A stretch of 64,000 nt of DNA, from the NCBI GenBank assembly GCA_041175465.1, contig JBEDEX010000002.1:36405-100404 (forward strand). Reading direction: 5' to 3'. The position numbers and the translations under genes are program-made. Each line of letters opens with the position of its first letter. The stretch's first letter is position 1. The notes under the pieces are model-generated. The model did no database searches. It saw only the letters and a program-made list of their open reading frames with translations, and was not told where the DNA came from. Source of the DNA: Pseudomonadota bacterium (GTDB lineage: Bacteria; Pseudomonadota; Alphaproteobacteria; Sphingomonadales; Sphingomonadaceae). Below are positions 10,411-20,531 of the stretch, one piece after another.

Positions 10411-10467
10411 TTATCGCAATATGATTCCGGTCACCTGAGGGCCAATTTTCACACAAGGAAATATATC

Positions 10468-11499
10468 ATGTCCGCCATATGGGACCTGCCTGACTTTGAC
10501 TCGCACGAGGCAGTGCACGTCTTTGACGATCGCGCGACAGGATTAAGGGCCGTTATCGCGGTGCATTCTACCCATTTGGGGCCAGCAGCTGGCGGAACCC
10601 GTTTCTGGCATTATGACGATTCCCAAGCGGCAATTACGGACGCGCTGCGCCTGTCGCGTGGGATGAGCTACAAAAACGCGATGGCAGGGCTATCTGCCGG
10701 CGGCGGCAAAGCGGTAATTCTCGCGAACCCTGCGCGCACCAAAAAACAGGACATGCTCGATGCCTTTGCGCGGGCAGTGGACTCGCTTGGCGGCCAGTAC
10801 ATAACGGCGCAGGATGTGGGCATGTCTGAAGCGGACATGGTTTCTTTGTCGAAGGTCACGCCGCATGTGGCTGGCCTACCCGGACAGGGCGGCGATCCTG
10901 GGCCTTATACAGCGCGTGGTGTATATCTGGGTGTTCAGGCGGCCGCTAAGCAGGCGCTTGGCGCCGACAATATGTCGGGTGTGCATGTCGCTATTCAGGG
11001 CGTTGGCAGTGTCGGCGGTGGTCTGGCGCGTTATTTGGCCGATCAAGGTGCAAAGCTGACATTGGCGGATGTCGACGCGCAACGTGCCGCGGACTTGGCT
11101 GCCGAACTTGGCGGCACGAGCGCTGCAGCAGACGACATCATGCATGTTGAAGCAGATATCTTCAGTCCATGCGCTTTAGGGGCCATCCTTACGGCAGAGA
11201 GCGTGACTGCGTTGAAAGTGCGTGCCGTCGCCGGCGGTGCCAACAACCAGTTGGCGACAGGCCCAGAGGGACGGATGCTTGCGGATCGTGGCATTCTCTA
11301 TGCGCCAGATTATGTTATCAACGCAGGTGGCATCATCAATGTTTTACGCCACATTGAAAATGCGGATGATGCAGAAATCAATCGCCGGATTGATGCCATT
11401 CCGGCGCGCCTTTTCGACATTTGGTCCGAAAGTGATTCGACGGGTTTTACGCCAGCCGAAGTTGCCGACAATATGGCACAAAAGCTTATTGGCAGATGA
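10468..11499 (+). CDS. Leu/Phe/Val dehydrogenase (ELFV dehydrogenase family)
   Basis: HSTHLGPAAGGTR, LSRGMSYKNA, GGGKAV, QGVGSVG NAD-binding motif, AGGANNQL, YAPDYVINAGG. Confidence 0.93.
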   Translation: MSAIWDLPDFDSHEAVHVFDDRATGLRAVIAVHSTHLGPAAGGTRFWHYDDSQAAITDALRLSRGMSYKNAMAGLSAGGGKAVILANPARTKKQDMLDAFARAVDSLGGQYITAQDVGMSEADMVSLSKVTPHVAGLPGQGGDPGPYTARGVYLGVQAAAKQALGADNMSGVHVAIQGVGSVGGGLARYLADQGAKLTLADVDAQRAADLAAELGGTSAAADDIMHVEADIFSPCALGAILTAESVTALKVRAVAGGANNQLATGPEGRMLADRGILYAPDYVINAGGIINVLRHIENADDAEINRRIDAIPARLFDIWSESDSTGFTPAEVADNMAQKLIGR

Positions 11500-11551
11500 T
11501 CGCAAATCCATTGGCGTACCGCTTTTGCAGTGCTAAGGGCCCTGCCTAATC

Positions 11552-12268
11552 ATGCATCGCTTTGCCAATCCTGCCCGATTCTTGCGTATTGCAAAGCCGC
11601 TGACACCGGCTTTATTCTGGGCAGGACTGCTGCTCACACTCATGGCATGCATATGGGGCTTGTTTTTTACCCCGACTGAACGCTTGATGGGCGATACCGT
11701 CAAAATCATTTTTGTGCATGTCCCCGCTGCGTGGCTCGGTATGGGGGGATGGACAGGCATTGCGATGGCCAGCATCGTACAATTGGTATGGCGGCACCCG
11801 TTAGCGGGCGTTGCGGCCCGTGCCATCGCGGTTCCCGGCGCGACCTTTGCGGCGATTTGCCTAATCACAGGTTCGATCTGGGGAAGGCCAACATGGGGAA
11901 CTTGGTGGGTCTGGGATGGTCGATTGACGTCTATGCTTGTGCTCTTCTTCTTGTATCTTGGTTATATTGCACTTTCTAACGCCTCAAGCGAGAAGGGCGA
12001 CACGAGCCGCGTGGCGGCTGTTTTTGGCGTCATTGGCGCGGTCAACATCCCGATTATTAACCGTTCGGTTGTCTGGTGGGAAAGCCAACATCAAAAGGCG
12101 AGCATTACTTTGGGCGGATCGTCCATTGACAGCTCTTATTTGGTACCTTTGTTCGTTGCCGTTGCGGGTTTCAGCCTTTTGTTCGCGGCGCTTGTCCTGA
12201 TGCGTATGCGCGCAGCACTGGCGGAGATGCGGATTGAAGCACGGATGCGTCGGATGGCGCAAGGCTGA
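11552..12268 (+). CDS. ccmC: Heme exporter protein C
   Basis: FVHVPAAW, WWD-domain motif GSIWGRPTWGTWWVWDGRLTS. Confidence 0.96.
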   Translation: MHRFANPARFLRIAKPLTPALFWAGLLLTLMACIWGLFFTPTERLMGDTVKIIFVHVPAAWLGMGGWTGIAMASIVQLVWRHPLAGVAARAIAVPGATFAAICLITGSIWGRPTWGTWWVWDGRLTSMLVLFFLYLGYIALSNASSEKGDTSRVAAVFGVIGAVNIPIINRSVVWWESQHQKASITLGGSSIDSSYLVPLFVAVAGFSLLFAALVLMRMRAALAEMRIEARMRRMAQG

Positions 12269-12399
12269 TGCCGCACGCACCTTTCATCATCGCGTCATTT
12301 GCCGTCACGGGCGTATTTATGACTTGGTTAATCGTTTCCAGCTATATCGATATGCGCCGTGCGGAAGCTTCTGCAGACGCGACTAGGGATCGGTCATGA
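12268..12399 (+). CDS. ccmD: Heme exporter protein D (43 aa, absent from the ORF track)
   Basis: MPHAPFIIASFAVTGVFMTWLIVSSYIDMRRAEASADATRDRS*: one TM helix plus a charged tail. The start overlaps the ccmC stop (TGATG) and the stop overlaps the ccmE start (ATGA). Confidence 0.88.
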   Translation: MPHAPFIIASFAVTGVFMTWLIVSSYIDMRRAEASADATRDRS

Positions 12400-12845
12400 A
12401 GCCAAAGCATCAGCGTTTGTTATTGGCTCTGATTGCCTTAGTGGCATTGGTGGGGGCGGGACTAATTGCGGCTTCCGCTCTGCGCGAAGAGGCATCCTAT
12501 TTCTACACGCCGACAACCTTGGCTGCCGCGAATGTAGAACCCGGAAAGGCTATAAGGCTTGGCGGGATGGTGCAAAAGGGCTCGATTATGCGTGGCGCCG
12601 ACGGCGTGTCCATTACGTTCATCGTGCAGGACCAAGAACGCAGTCAAAAGGTTGCGTATCGCGGCATTACGCCTGATTTGTTCGTTGAAGGTTCGGGAGT
12701 CGTTGCCGATGGCCGCCTTCGCGCTGATCGCGTGTTCGTTGCCGAAAGCTTGCTGGCGAAACATGACGAAAATTACGTCCCCAAAGAACTCGCCGATATC
12801 GATATGAATGTGGCGGAACATACCAAGGATACGCTTTCGCAATGA
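12396..12845 (+). CDS. ccmE: Cytochrome c maturation heme chaperone
   Basis: YFYTPT, IRLGGMV, PDLFVEGSGVVADG, LLAKHDENYVP heme-binding His/Tyr. Confidence 0.97.
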   Translation: MKPKHQRLLLALIALVALVGAGLIAASALREEASYFYTPTTLAAANVEPGKAIRLGGMVQKGSIMRGADGVSITFIVQDQERSQKVAYRGITPDLFVEGSGVVADGRLRADRVFVAESLLAKHDENYVPKELADIDMNVAEHTKDTLSQ

Positions 12846-12872
12846 AGTGGCTGGCACAATGAAGGCTTTGAC

Positions 12873-14801
12873 ATGATCGCAGAAGCAGGATTGGCCGCCC
12901 TTTGGCTTGCGGCGGCAATGGCATTGCTACAATTTGTTGGCGGCCTGACATTGCTTCGCGGAGTCGGGCAGTTGGTACCGCTTATTAAGCCAGCAGCTTA
13001 TGTTCAGGGTGCCCTGTGCGCCATTTCCTTTTCCGCTTTGATGTGGTTGTTTTATGTGACCGATTTGTCGGTTCTGTTGGTCGCAAGCAACAGCCACATC
13101 GACAAGCCGATGATCTTTAAGCTGGCTGGCACTTGGGGCAATCACGAAGGATCCATGCTGTTGTGGGTTTCAGTCCTGTCGGTATCTGGCGCTGCAATCG
13201 CCTTGTTGGAAAAACGGATTGAAGCGAAGACTTTATATGCGACGCTCGCAGTGCAAGGTTTCATTGCGCTCGGTTTTTTTGCGTTCCTGCTATTTGCATC
13301 AAATCCCTTTGAACGGCTTGTACCATCGCCTTTGGAAGGCGCAGGGCTTAACCCGTTACTTCAGGACGTTGGTCTCGCCTTTCATCCACCGACATTGTAT
13401 TTTGGCTATGTGGGCCTTTCCATCGCATTTTCCTTTGCAGTTGGCGCATTACTGACAAATCAAGTCGGGCCAGCATTTGCGCGGGCTATGCGACCATGGG
13501 TTTTGGCCGCTTGGATTTTCCTGACCATCGGCATCGCGGCGGGCAGTTACTGGGCTTATTATGAACTGGGCTGGGGTGGTTGGTGGTTTTGGGACCCCGT
13601 TGAAAATGCGTCGTTGATGCCATGGCTCGCGGCTACCGCCTTGCTGCATTCGGTCAGCGTGTTGGCCACCCGTAATGCGTTACGGGCCTGGACAATCATG
13701 CTGGCTTTGGTCGCTTTTGCCATGTCTATGGCCGGCACATTCCTTGTGCGGTCAGGCATATTGACCAGCGTTCATGCTTTTGCCGTTGATCCTGAGCGCG
13801 GTGCGTTCATTCTGGCGCTCATGCTGATGTATACCAGCATTGCTTTCGTCATTTTTGCACTCCGCATCGGCACTGTGAAGCAAGGCGAACCCTTTCAATT
13901 GGTTAGCCGAGAAGGCGGTATCGTCGCGAACAACATTTTCCTCAGCGTCATCTTGGCGATCGTTCTGATCGGCACGCTTTACCCGCTCGCGGCGGAGGCG
14001 ATGGGGGACAAGATTTCAGTTGGCCCACCATATTTTAACAAAGCGACAGTGCCCATCATGCTGTTGCTGATGCTTGCCTTGCTGATTGGCCCCATGTTGC
14101 GGTGGCGGCGGGACGCATTGATGCGGATCAAATATTGGCTGTTCGGTGCCGGAGCGATTCTGTTGTGCGGCGGATTGGCCGCTTGGAAGATGGCGCCAGA
14201 TACAGGCTTATTCCCGCTGTTTGGTATCGCTTTGTCCGTGGCGCTTGCGGTGGCGGCTTGGCTGCCGCTGCGGGGGCGCAAATTGCTGCGCACGCCTTTG
14301 CCCATTTTTGGTATGGTCATTGCCCATTTTGGAATAGCCGTCAGCGTCTTTGGTATGGCGGCCGAATCTGGCTTTTCTAGAGAAACACTTACGGCACTGG
14401 CGCCTGGTGAAAGCGCTGAGGTGTCGGGCTGGAAAGTTACGCTTGATGACGTAAATCCAGTTGTTGGTGATAATTGGGTCGCGGTCGAGGGCGAAATGGT
14501 CGCTGTTAAAAATGGCGATAAGTTTGAGCTGCGTCCACAGTCCCGGCAGTTCTTTAAGCCCGAAATGCAGACCAGCGAAGCCGCATTGCTGACGCGCTGG
14601 AATGGGCAATTATATGCCGTAATTGCGCAACCGGATCAGGAAGGCGATGGCCGTTGGCAAGTTCGATTGTGGTGGAAGCCATTTGTAACGTTCATCTGGT
14701 TTGGCGGGGCTTTGATCGCGCTTGGCGGCACGATATCGTTGTTTGGACGCATGTTCCGGCGTGCCAAGAAACCTGCCATCAATAAGTGGGGACGCGCATG
14801 A
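12873..14801 (+). CDS. ccmF: Cytochrome c heme lyase subunit
   Basis: WGNHEGSMLLW, FHPPTLYFGY, WAYYELGWGGWWFWDPVENASLMPW, SVHAFA. Confidence 0.97.
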   Translation: MIAEAGLAALWLAAAMALLQFVGGLTLLRGVGQLVPLIKPAAYVQGALCAISFSALMWLFYVTDLSVLLVASNSHIDKPMIFKLAGTWGNHEGSMLLWVSVLSVSGAAIALLEKRIEAKTLYATLAVQGFIALGFFAFLLFASNPFERLVPSPLEGAGLNPLLQDVGLAFHPPTLYFGYVGLSIAFSFAVGALLTNQVGPAFARAMRPWVLAAWIFLTIGIAAGSYWAYYELGWGGWWFWDPVENASLMPWLAATALLHSVSVLATRNALRAWTIMLALVAFAMSMAGTFLVRSGILTSVHAFAVDPERGAFILALMLMYTSIAFVIFALRIGTVKQGEPFQLVSREGGIVANNIFLSVILAIVLIGTLYPLAAEAMGDKISVGPPYFNKATVPIMLLLMLALLIGPMLRWRRDALMRIKYWLFGAGAILLCGGLAAWKMAPDTGLFPLFGIALSVALAVAAWLPLRGRKLLRTPLPIFGMVIAHFGIAVSVFGMAAESGFSRETLTALAPGESAEVSGWKVTLDDVNPVVGDNWVAVEGEMVAVKNGDKFELRPQSRQFFKPEMQTSEAALLTRWNGQLYAVIAQPDQEGDGRWQVRLWWKPFVTFIWFGGALIALGGTISLFGRMFRRAKKPAINKWGRA

Positions 14802-15328
14802 ACAGGCCTTGGCTTTTGTGGATACCACTTGCAGTTGTCGCCTTCATTGGCGGGCTTGCTATCTACGGCCTTGTAGTGCCCAAGGATGATCAAGTTCATT
14901 CGGCGATGATTGGTAGAAAATTGCCTGCATTTTCTCTGCCAGCTGCGACCGATGGCGTGCCCGCCTTGGCCAGCACCGATATGGCCGATGGCAAGCCACG
15001 TTTGCTAAATATTTTTGCAAGCTGGTGCCTGCCTTGTAAGGCGGAGGCACCGCATTTGGAGACGTTGAAGGCGGCCGGTTTAGAGATTGACGCAATCGCC
15101 ATTCGCGATACGCCTCAGGATGTGGCTGCCTTTCTCGCAGAGTTCGGCAATCCATTCCGGCGCATTGGTTCAGACACCGAAATGGCGGTGCAGTTGAAGC
15201 TTGGATCATCCGGCGTTCCCGAAACCTATGTCATCGGCGGTGACGGCACGATATTGTTTCAGCATATTGGTGATATTCGGGCAGAACATGTGCCGATGCT
15301 GATTGAAAAAGTGAATGCCGCAAAATGA
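14798..15328 (+). CDS. ccmG: Thiol:disulfide interchange protein DsbE/CcmG
   Basis: NIFASWCLPC, SGVPETYVI, N-terminal TM anchor. ATG 14798 overlaps the ccmF stop. Confidence 0.95.
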   Translation: MNRPWLLWIPLAVVAFIGGLAIYGLVVPKDDQVHSAMIGRKLPAFSLPAATDGVPALASTDMADGKPRLLNIFASWCLPCKAEAPHLETLKAAGLEIDAIAIRDTPQDVAAFLAEFGNPFRRIGSDTEMAVQLKLGSSGVPETYVIGGDGTILFQHIGDIRAEHVPMLIEKVNAAK

Positions 15329-15726
15329 GAGCGTTTGTGCCCATTTTGCTTATGCTTGCAGTGCCCGTGTTTGCACAAGGCAGTGGCCCCACGCCTGCGC
15401 TGGCTAATCGGCAACTCGATGACCCTGTAAAGGAAGCAGACGCGATGCGCTTAATGCACAGCCTGCGCTGTATTCAGTGCCAGGGGCAATCTATTGCAGA
15501 TAGCGATGCCGCCATGGCGGGGACGATGCGGGCCGAGGTGCGTCAACAAATTGCCGCTGGCCAGAAACCACAAGCTATTCGGAGCTGGATGATTGATCGC
15601 TATGGGGAATGGGTCAGTTTTGAACCGGATATGAGGGGCGCTGGACTTTTACTCTGGATCGCGCCTTTCTTGATATTCGTTGCCGCAATTTGGCTAGCCC
15701 GCGGACTGTTTCGGAGGCGCACATGA
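15325..15726 (+). CDS. ccmH: Cytochrome c biogenesis protein CcmH/CycL
   Basis: LRCIQCQGQSIADS (LRCxxC), RYGEWV, C-terminal TM. Confidence 0.93.
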   Translation: MRAFVPILLMLAVPVFAQGSGPTPALANRQLDDPVKEADAMRLMHSLRCIQCQGQSIADSDAAMAGTMRAEVRQQIAAGQKPQAIRSWMIDRYGEWVSFEPDMRGAGLLLWIAPFLIFVAAIWLARGLFRRRT

Positions 15727-16379
15727 ACGGTTGGCTTGCACTTGGGTTGCTATCGATCCTCAGCCTATCGATATTGGTATATTGCGTGCGCTCGTCAAAG
15801 GGGTTGTGGCAGGTTGCCGGCGCAGCGGTTCTTTTGGGAATGACCGGATATGCCATCCAGGGACGTCCATCATTACCAACCGCACCAGCAAAGCCTTTAG
15901 AGTCCAGTGCAACGGGCGCAACGCAGTTGGTGGAAATCCGTGCGGATATGGACGAGAGCTTTGGCAGTGCAAAGCGCTGGCTCGTGACGGCGGATTCTTT
16001 TGCTAAGCAAGGTGATTATTCTTTGTCGGCCTCTTATATCCAGTCAGGTTTGCGCACTGAACCGGAGAATGCCGATTTATGGTCTGCGCTCGGTTTGCAA
16101 TTGATGTTGGCCAGTGAGGGCCAAATGTCGCCGCCTGCTCAATTGGCATTCGATAAAGCCAGCGCCATTCGGCCTAAATATCCGGCGCCTTATTATTTTA
16201 CAGGGCTCGCGCGCTTGTTTGCCGGGGATATTGATGGGGCGATTGTGCTCTGGGAAAAAACCGTTTCATTGGCGACGCCGAATGCCAAATGGAAAACGCG
16301 GATTGAGTCGCAGCTACAGGTGGCAAAGGCCTTGCAAGCGCAAGCGGCACAGACAGAATCAACTTCGCCAACTAAATAA
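15723..16379 (+). CDS. CycH/CcmI-like TPR membrane protein
   Basis: Two N-terminal TMs, GYAIQGRP, TPR-like repeats (ENADLWSALG, PAPYYFTGLA). Overlaps the ccmH stop and ends the ccm cluster. Confidence 0.75.
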   Translation: MNGWLALGLLSILSLSILVYCVRSSKGLWQVAGAAVLLGMTGYAIQGRPSLPTAPAKPLESSATGATQLVEIRADMDESFGSAKRWLVTADSFAKQGDYSLSASYIQSGLRTEPENADLWSALGLQLMLASEGQMSPPAQLAFDKASAIRPKYPAPYYFTGLARLFAGDIDGAIVLWEKTVSLATPNAKWKTRIESQLQVAKALQAQAAQTESTSPTK

Positions 16380-16424
16380 TTGATTTATATTATTTTATAT
16401 AGTTTTTGAGCACGGCATTGCTGT

Positions 16425-16453
16425 GTTGTGAAGGGCCGTGCTCCATGCTATTG
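16425..16453 (+). promoter_or_regulatory. Putative sigma70 promoter of kup
   Basis: GTTGTG-N17-CTATTG. A 9-bp inverted repeat (16408-16416/16435-16443) flanks the -35. Confidence 0.4.
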
Positions 16454-16508
16454 CCCGCGCCCCAGTCACGAGGAAGGTGGCATTTGGGGCAAAAGCCGGG
16501 GAAACAAT

Positions 16509-18446
16509 ATGGTTGGACCGCAAGCAGACGATTTTGGTCATAGCGACCAAGATCACCATCATAGCCATGCCCCAAAAGGCTCGCTGCTGGCTTTATGCCT
16601 AGGCACAGTTGGCGTTGTCTTTGGCGATATCGGCACAAGTCCGATCTACGCGTTCCGTGAAACCTTTGCCGGGCACCATCCGATAACCCCCGATCCGATG
16701 CACATCAAAGGCGTATTGAGCCTTGTATTTTGGTCGATGATGATCGTGGTGACGTTCAAATATGTCTTCACCATCATGAAAGCAGACAACAAGGGCGAGG
16801 GCGGAAGCCTTGCCCTGCTGGCGCTGATTAACCGGCAGACAGCTGGTGCGAAATGGACGGCGCCTTTTGTGATGCTCGGGGTGTTTGCAACCGCACTGTT
16901 TTATGGCGATTCCATGATTACGCCAGCGATGTCGATCTTATCGGCGGCTGAAGGTCTGAAATATGTGAGCGAAGGCTTCAGCGCATGGATACTGCCGATA
17001 TCGGTTGTGATTATCGGCGCGTTATTTGCATTCCAGTCACGCGGGACAGCGAAAGTAGGGGCATGGTTTGGGCCTATCATGCTGGTCTATTTCGCGACTT
17101 TGGCGGGCTTGGGGCTAATGCATTTAACAAAGATGCCGTCGATTATATTCGACGTTTTGAACCCCATGAACGCGTTCTATTTTTTCTATATTGACGGTTT
17201 TCGTGCCTTTGTGGCGATGGGCACTGTTGTGCTTGCGGTAACGGGGGCGGAAGCACTGTACGCCGATATGGGGCATTTCGGGCGGCGTCCGATAAAGTTT
17301 AGTTGGCTGTTCTTTGTGCTCCCCGCGTTAATGCTGAATTATATGGGGCAGGGGGCAATGATATTGTCCATGACCCCTGAAGAAGCGCAGCTTGCCATTC
17401 GCGACCCGTTCTTCCTGATGGTGCCGGAACTTATCAGCACGCCGGTTATTTTTCTGACCATTATGGCGGCCATCATTGCCAGCCAAGCTGTCATTTCCGG
17501 CGCGTTTTCGTTGACGCAGCAGGCAATTCAGTTGGGCTTTATGCCCCGCCTCAGCATATTGCACACCAGTGAGAAGGCCGCTGGGCAGATCTACATTCCG
17601 GCGATTAACTGGGGCCTTGCGGTAATGGTCTTGTTGCTGGTTTTATTCTTCCAGTCATCATCCAATCTTGCCGCTGCTTATGGCATTGCGGTTACAGGCG
17701 CGATGTTCATCGATACCTGCCTGATTGCGGTTGTTCTGCTGTCGCTATGGAAATGGCCAAAGTGGAAAGCGTTACCTATCCTCGCTTTATTCTTCATCGT
17801 AGATTTTGCCTATTTGGGCGCCAATTTGTTGAAGGTACCGTCGGGCGGATGGGTGCCTTTGGTGATTGGCTTGATTATCTTCACATTATTGACGACCTGG
17901 TCGCGTGGCCGAGCTTTGATGCGCGAGCGCATGGCAGAAAGCACAATGCCCATGGAGATTTTCATAAAGTCTGCCGCAAACAGCGCGACCCGCGTGCAGG
18001 GAACGGCGATTTTTATGGCATCGGCGGCCAGTGGCGTGCCCTCTGCTCTGCTGCATAATATTAAACACAACCGTATTTTACACGAGCGCGTTATCATTCT
18101 GACGGTGCAGATCGAAGATGTGCCCTATGTCGTCAGTTCCGACCGCATAATCTGTAAAGATTTGGGCGAAGGTTTCTACCGCGTCAAAATGCGCTTTGGC
18201 TTTTTGGAAGAGACTAATGTGCCGGCAACGCTCGACCTGATCGATTTGTGCGGTCCCAAATTTGACATGATGCACACCAGCTTTTTCCTGTCGCGTCAGA
18301 CATTGATTGCGTCCAAAATGCCCGGCATGGCGATCTGGCGGGAAAAGATATTTGCGTGGATGCTGCGCAATGCGGCTAATGCGATGGAGTTTTTCAAATT
18401 GCCAAGCAATCGCGTGGTCGAACTGGGCAGCCAGGTTGAAATTTGA
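16509..18446 (+). CDS. kup: Kup system potassium transporter
   Basis: [52 protein letters not shown]. Likely start ATG 16509. Confidence 0.97.
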   Translation: MVGPQADDFGHSDQDHHHSHAPKGSLLALCLGTVGVVFGDIGTSPIYAFRETFAGHHPITPDPMHIKGVLSLVFWSMMIVVTFKYVFTIMKADNKGEGGSLALLALINRQTAGAKWTAPFVMLGVFATALFYGDSMITPAMSILSAAEGLKYVSEGFSAWILPISVVIIGALFAFQSRGTAKVGAWFGPIMLVYFATLAGLGLMHLTKMPSIIFDVLNPMNAFYFFYIDGFRAFVAMGTVVLAVTGAEALYADMGHFGRRPIKFSWLFFVLPALMLNYMGQGAMILSMTPEEAQLAIRDPFFLMVPELISTPVIFLTIMAAIIASQAVISGAFSLTQQAIQLGFMPRLSILHTSEKAAGQIYIPAINWGLAVMVLLLVLFFQSSSNLAAAYGIAVTGAMFIDTCLIAVVLLSLWKWPKWKALPILALFFIVDFAYLGANLLKVPSGGWVPLVIGLIIFTLLTTWSRGRALMRERMAESTMPMEIFIKSAANSATRVQGTAIFMASAASGVPSALLHNIKHNRILHERVIILTVQIEDVPYVVSSDRIICKDLGEGFYRVKMRFGFLEETNVPATLDLIDLCGPKFDMMHTSFFLSRQTLIASKMPGMAIWREKIFAWMLRNAANAMEFFKLPSNRVVELGSQVEI

Positions 18447-18553
18447 CGTGCCTTAGTTGCCAATTTGTGCGCGTTCCATTCTCGTAACAAAATAACCATA
18501 ACGCATTTTAAGACTGGACGAATGTTGCTCGATATGGCTATTCCCGTTCTGTT

Positions 18554-18607
18554 ATGAAATTGCGCAACGCCCTTTCGCTTCTCTTACTACGACTTACACG
18601 CCCTTAG
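18554..18607 (+). CDS. leuA leader peptide (17 aa, MKLRNALSLLLLRLTRP)
   Basis: Four consecutive Leu codons (CTT CTC TTA CTA) and 7 Leu in 17 codons, 100 nt upstream of leuA. Confidence 0.88.
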   Translation: MKLRNALSLLLLRLTRP

Positions 18608-18707
18608 GCGTGCCTGTTTTGCTGACCATGTTCGGCAACCCGCCTAAGGGCTCTACCACCGCCAAATTTAGCCCCTCAGTTGGGCGTTTCAGCGAAGTTG
18701 CCATATC
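18554..18707 (+). promoter_or_regulatory. Leucine-responsive attenuator 5' region of leuA
   Basis: Perfect 10-bp helix CCCTTAGGCG (18601-10)/CGCCTAAGGG (18641-50). Alternative pairings: GGGCT/AGCCC, GCCC/GGGC, AACGCCC/GGGCGTT, TTCGCT/AGCGAA. Confidence 0.8.
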
Positions 18708-20378
18708 ATGATGCTTTCCGACCCATCGCGTAAATACCGACCTTTCCCTCAAGTAGATCTACCCGATCGCATTTGGCCGACGCGGACCATCGACCGTGCG
18801 CCGCGCTGGCTTTCCACCGACCTGCGTGATGGAAACCAAGCGCTTATTGACCCCATGGGGGCGGAAAAGAAGAAGCGCTTTTTCGACTTGTTGCTGAAAG
18901 TCGGCGTAAAAGAGATTGAAGTTGGCTTCCCAAGTTCGGGTGCCACTGATTTCGATTTTATCCGCGGGCTGGTCGACAGCGGCAGCATTCCGGATGACGT
19001 TACAATCCAAAGCCTGACGCAATCCCGGCGCGACCTGATTGAAAAAACGTTTGAGAGCATGGCCGGTGCGCCGCGTGCAATTGTGCATGTCTACAATGCT
19101 GTTAGCCCAGCGTGGCGTGACATTGTCTTCAACCTCGACAAAGCGGGCGTGAAGGCGATTGCTATTGAAGGGGCAAATATCCTGAAAGAGCAAGCGGCCA
19201 AATATCCGCAAACTGACTGGCATTTTGAATATAGCCCTGAAACATTCTCGACAGCTGAACTCGAATTCAGCCTTGAGGTGTGCGAAGCGGTAATGGACGT
19301 TCTGCAGCCCACGGCGTCAAAGCCACTCATTCTCAATCTGCCGGCCACGATTGAGGCAGCCATGCCCAACGTCTATGCCGATCAGATTGAATGGATGTGC
19401 CGCCACATCAGCGCACGCGACCATGTGGTTATCAGCCTACATCCGCACAATGACCGGGGCAGTGGCATTGCTGCCGCCGAACTGGGCTTGTTGGCAGGTG
19501 GTGACCGCATCGAAGGTTGCCTGTTCGGCAATGGTGAGCGCACCGGTAATGTCGATTTGGTGACGCTGGCGTTGAACATGTACACACAAGGCCTGAACCC
19601 CGGACTCGATTTTAGTGACATTGATGAGGTCATTCAGACCGTCGAATATTGCAACCAGTTGCCTGTTCACCCGCGGCATCCTTATGCTGGCGAATTGGTA
19701 TTTACCGCCTTTTCAGGGTCGCATCAGGACGCGATTAAAAAGGGATTTGCGGCGCAGGAACGGCAGAATGACGAAATTTGGCGCGTGCCTTATCTACCCA
19801 TTGATCCCGCCGATTTGGGGCGCAATTACGAAGCTGTCATCCGTGTGAATTCGCAAAGCGGTAAAGGCGGTGTGGCGTGGGTGATTGAGCAGGACCAAGG
19901 TTTGAAGTTGCCCAAACGGATGCAGGCGAATTTTTCGGCTACCGTGCAGGATTTGTCCGACACGACCGGACGCGAACTGACCAGCAGTGACATTTGGGAA
20001 GCGTTTGAAAAGCGGTACCATCTCAAGGGTGATGGTCGCTTCCGGCTCATCGATTTCCACGAGTCCCAAAGCCAGCGGCAAAAAGACGAGCGCATCTTTG
20101 CGGGCAATATCTGCATAGATGGCGTCGAACAAAGCGTTAGCGGACGAGGCAATGGCTTGATTTCCAGCCTTGCCAACGCTCTGCAAGACGCGCTGGGCGG
20201 TCCGCTGGACATTATCGACTATAGCGAGCACGCCATTGGCCATGGAACCGATGCCCGCGCCGCGGCTTATGTCGAATGCCGCGTTGGCGACGGACCTATT
20301 TTGTTTGGCGTCGGTATCAGTCAGGATGTAGCCACAGCGTCGGTCAGAGCGATCCTGAGCGCCGCCAACGGGGCTTAG
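18708..20378 (+). CDS. leuA: 2-isopropylmalate synthase (yeast/actinobacterial-type LeuA)
   Basis: [54 protein letters not shown], regulatory domain with GNGLIS and YSEHA. Confidence 0.97.
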   Translation: MMLSDPSRKYRPFPQVDLPDRIWPTRTIDRAPRWLSTDLRDGNQALIDPMGAEKKKRFFDLLLKVGVKEIEVGFPSSGATDFDFIRGLVDSGSIPDDVTIQSLTQSRRDLIEKTFESMAGAPRAIVHVYNAVSPAWRDIVFNLDKAGVKAIAIEGANILKEQAAKYPQTDWHFEYSPETFSTAELEFSLEVCEAVMDVLQPTASKPLILNLPATIEAAMPNVYADQIEWMCRHISARDHVVISLHPHNDRGSGIAAAELGLLAGGDRIEGCLFGNGERTGNVDLVTLALNMYTQGLNPGLDFSDIDEVIQTVEYCNQLPVHPRHPYAGELVFTAFSGSHQDAIKKGFAAQERQNDEIWRVPYLPIDPADLGRNYEAVIRVNSQSGKGGVAWVIEQDQGLKLPKRMQANFSATVQDLSDTTGRELTSSDIWEAFEKRYHLKGDGRFRLIDFHESQSQRQKDERIFAGNICIDGVEQSVSGRGNGLISSLANALQDALGGPLDIIDYSEHAIGHGTDARAAAYVECRVGDGPILFGVGISQDVATASVRAILSAANGA

Positions 20379-20466
20379 ACTATCCTAGGGGCCGCACGTA
20401 TCGATTGGGCCATAGTGCCCGTCTGGCGGTCTTACCTTACGGAATAGCCTTTTAAAAAAGGTGGGT

Positions 20467-20496
20467 TTGACAGCCGCGACGCGCTGTGGCTAACCC
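20467..20496 (+). promoter_or_regulatory. Putative sigma70 promoter of the nitronate monooxygenase-family gene
   Basis: TTGACA followed ~17-18 nt later by (C)TAACCC. Confidence 0.45.
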
Positions 20497-20531
20497 GTAT
20501 TCAACCAATATATTAACAAGGGATTCGACGC

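Noticed and set aside
10238-10456. 72-aa minus-strand ORF over the tRNA
   Set aside because: It is the antisense translation of tRNA-His (GRPRGLEPPTSGTTNQRSNQLSY is a typical tRNA shadow).
10279-10470. tRNA-His as an integration site for an island or prophage
   Set aside because: No integrase, no duplicated tRNA 3' end and no compositional shift downstream; housekeeping genes follow directly.
18670-18700. TTGGGCGTTTC resembling the suhB-type small RNA core
   Set aside because: It lacks the following CTCCC anti-SD motif and a terminator, and is better explained as part of the leuA attenuator.
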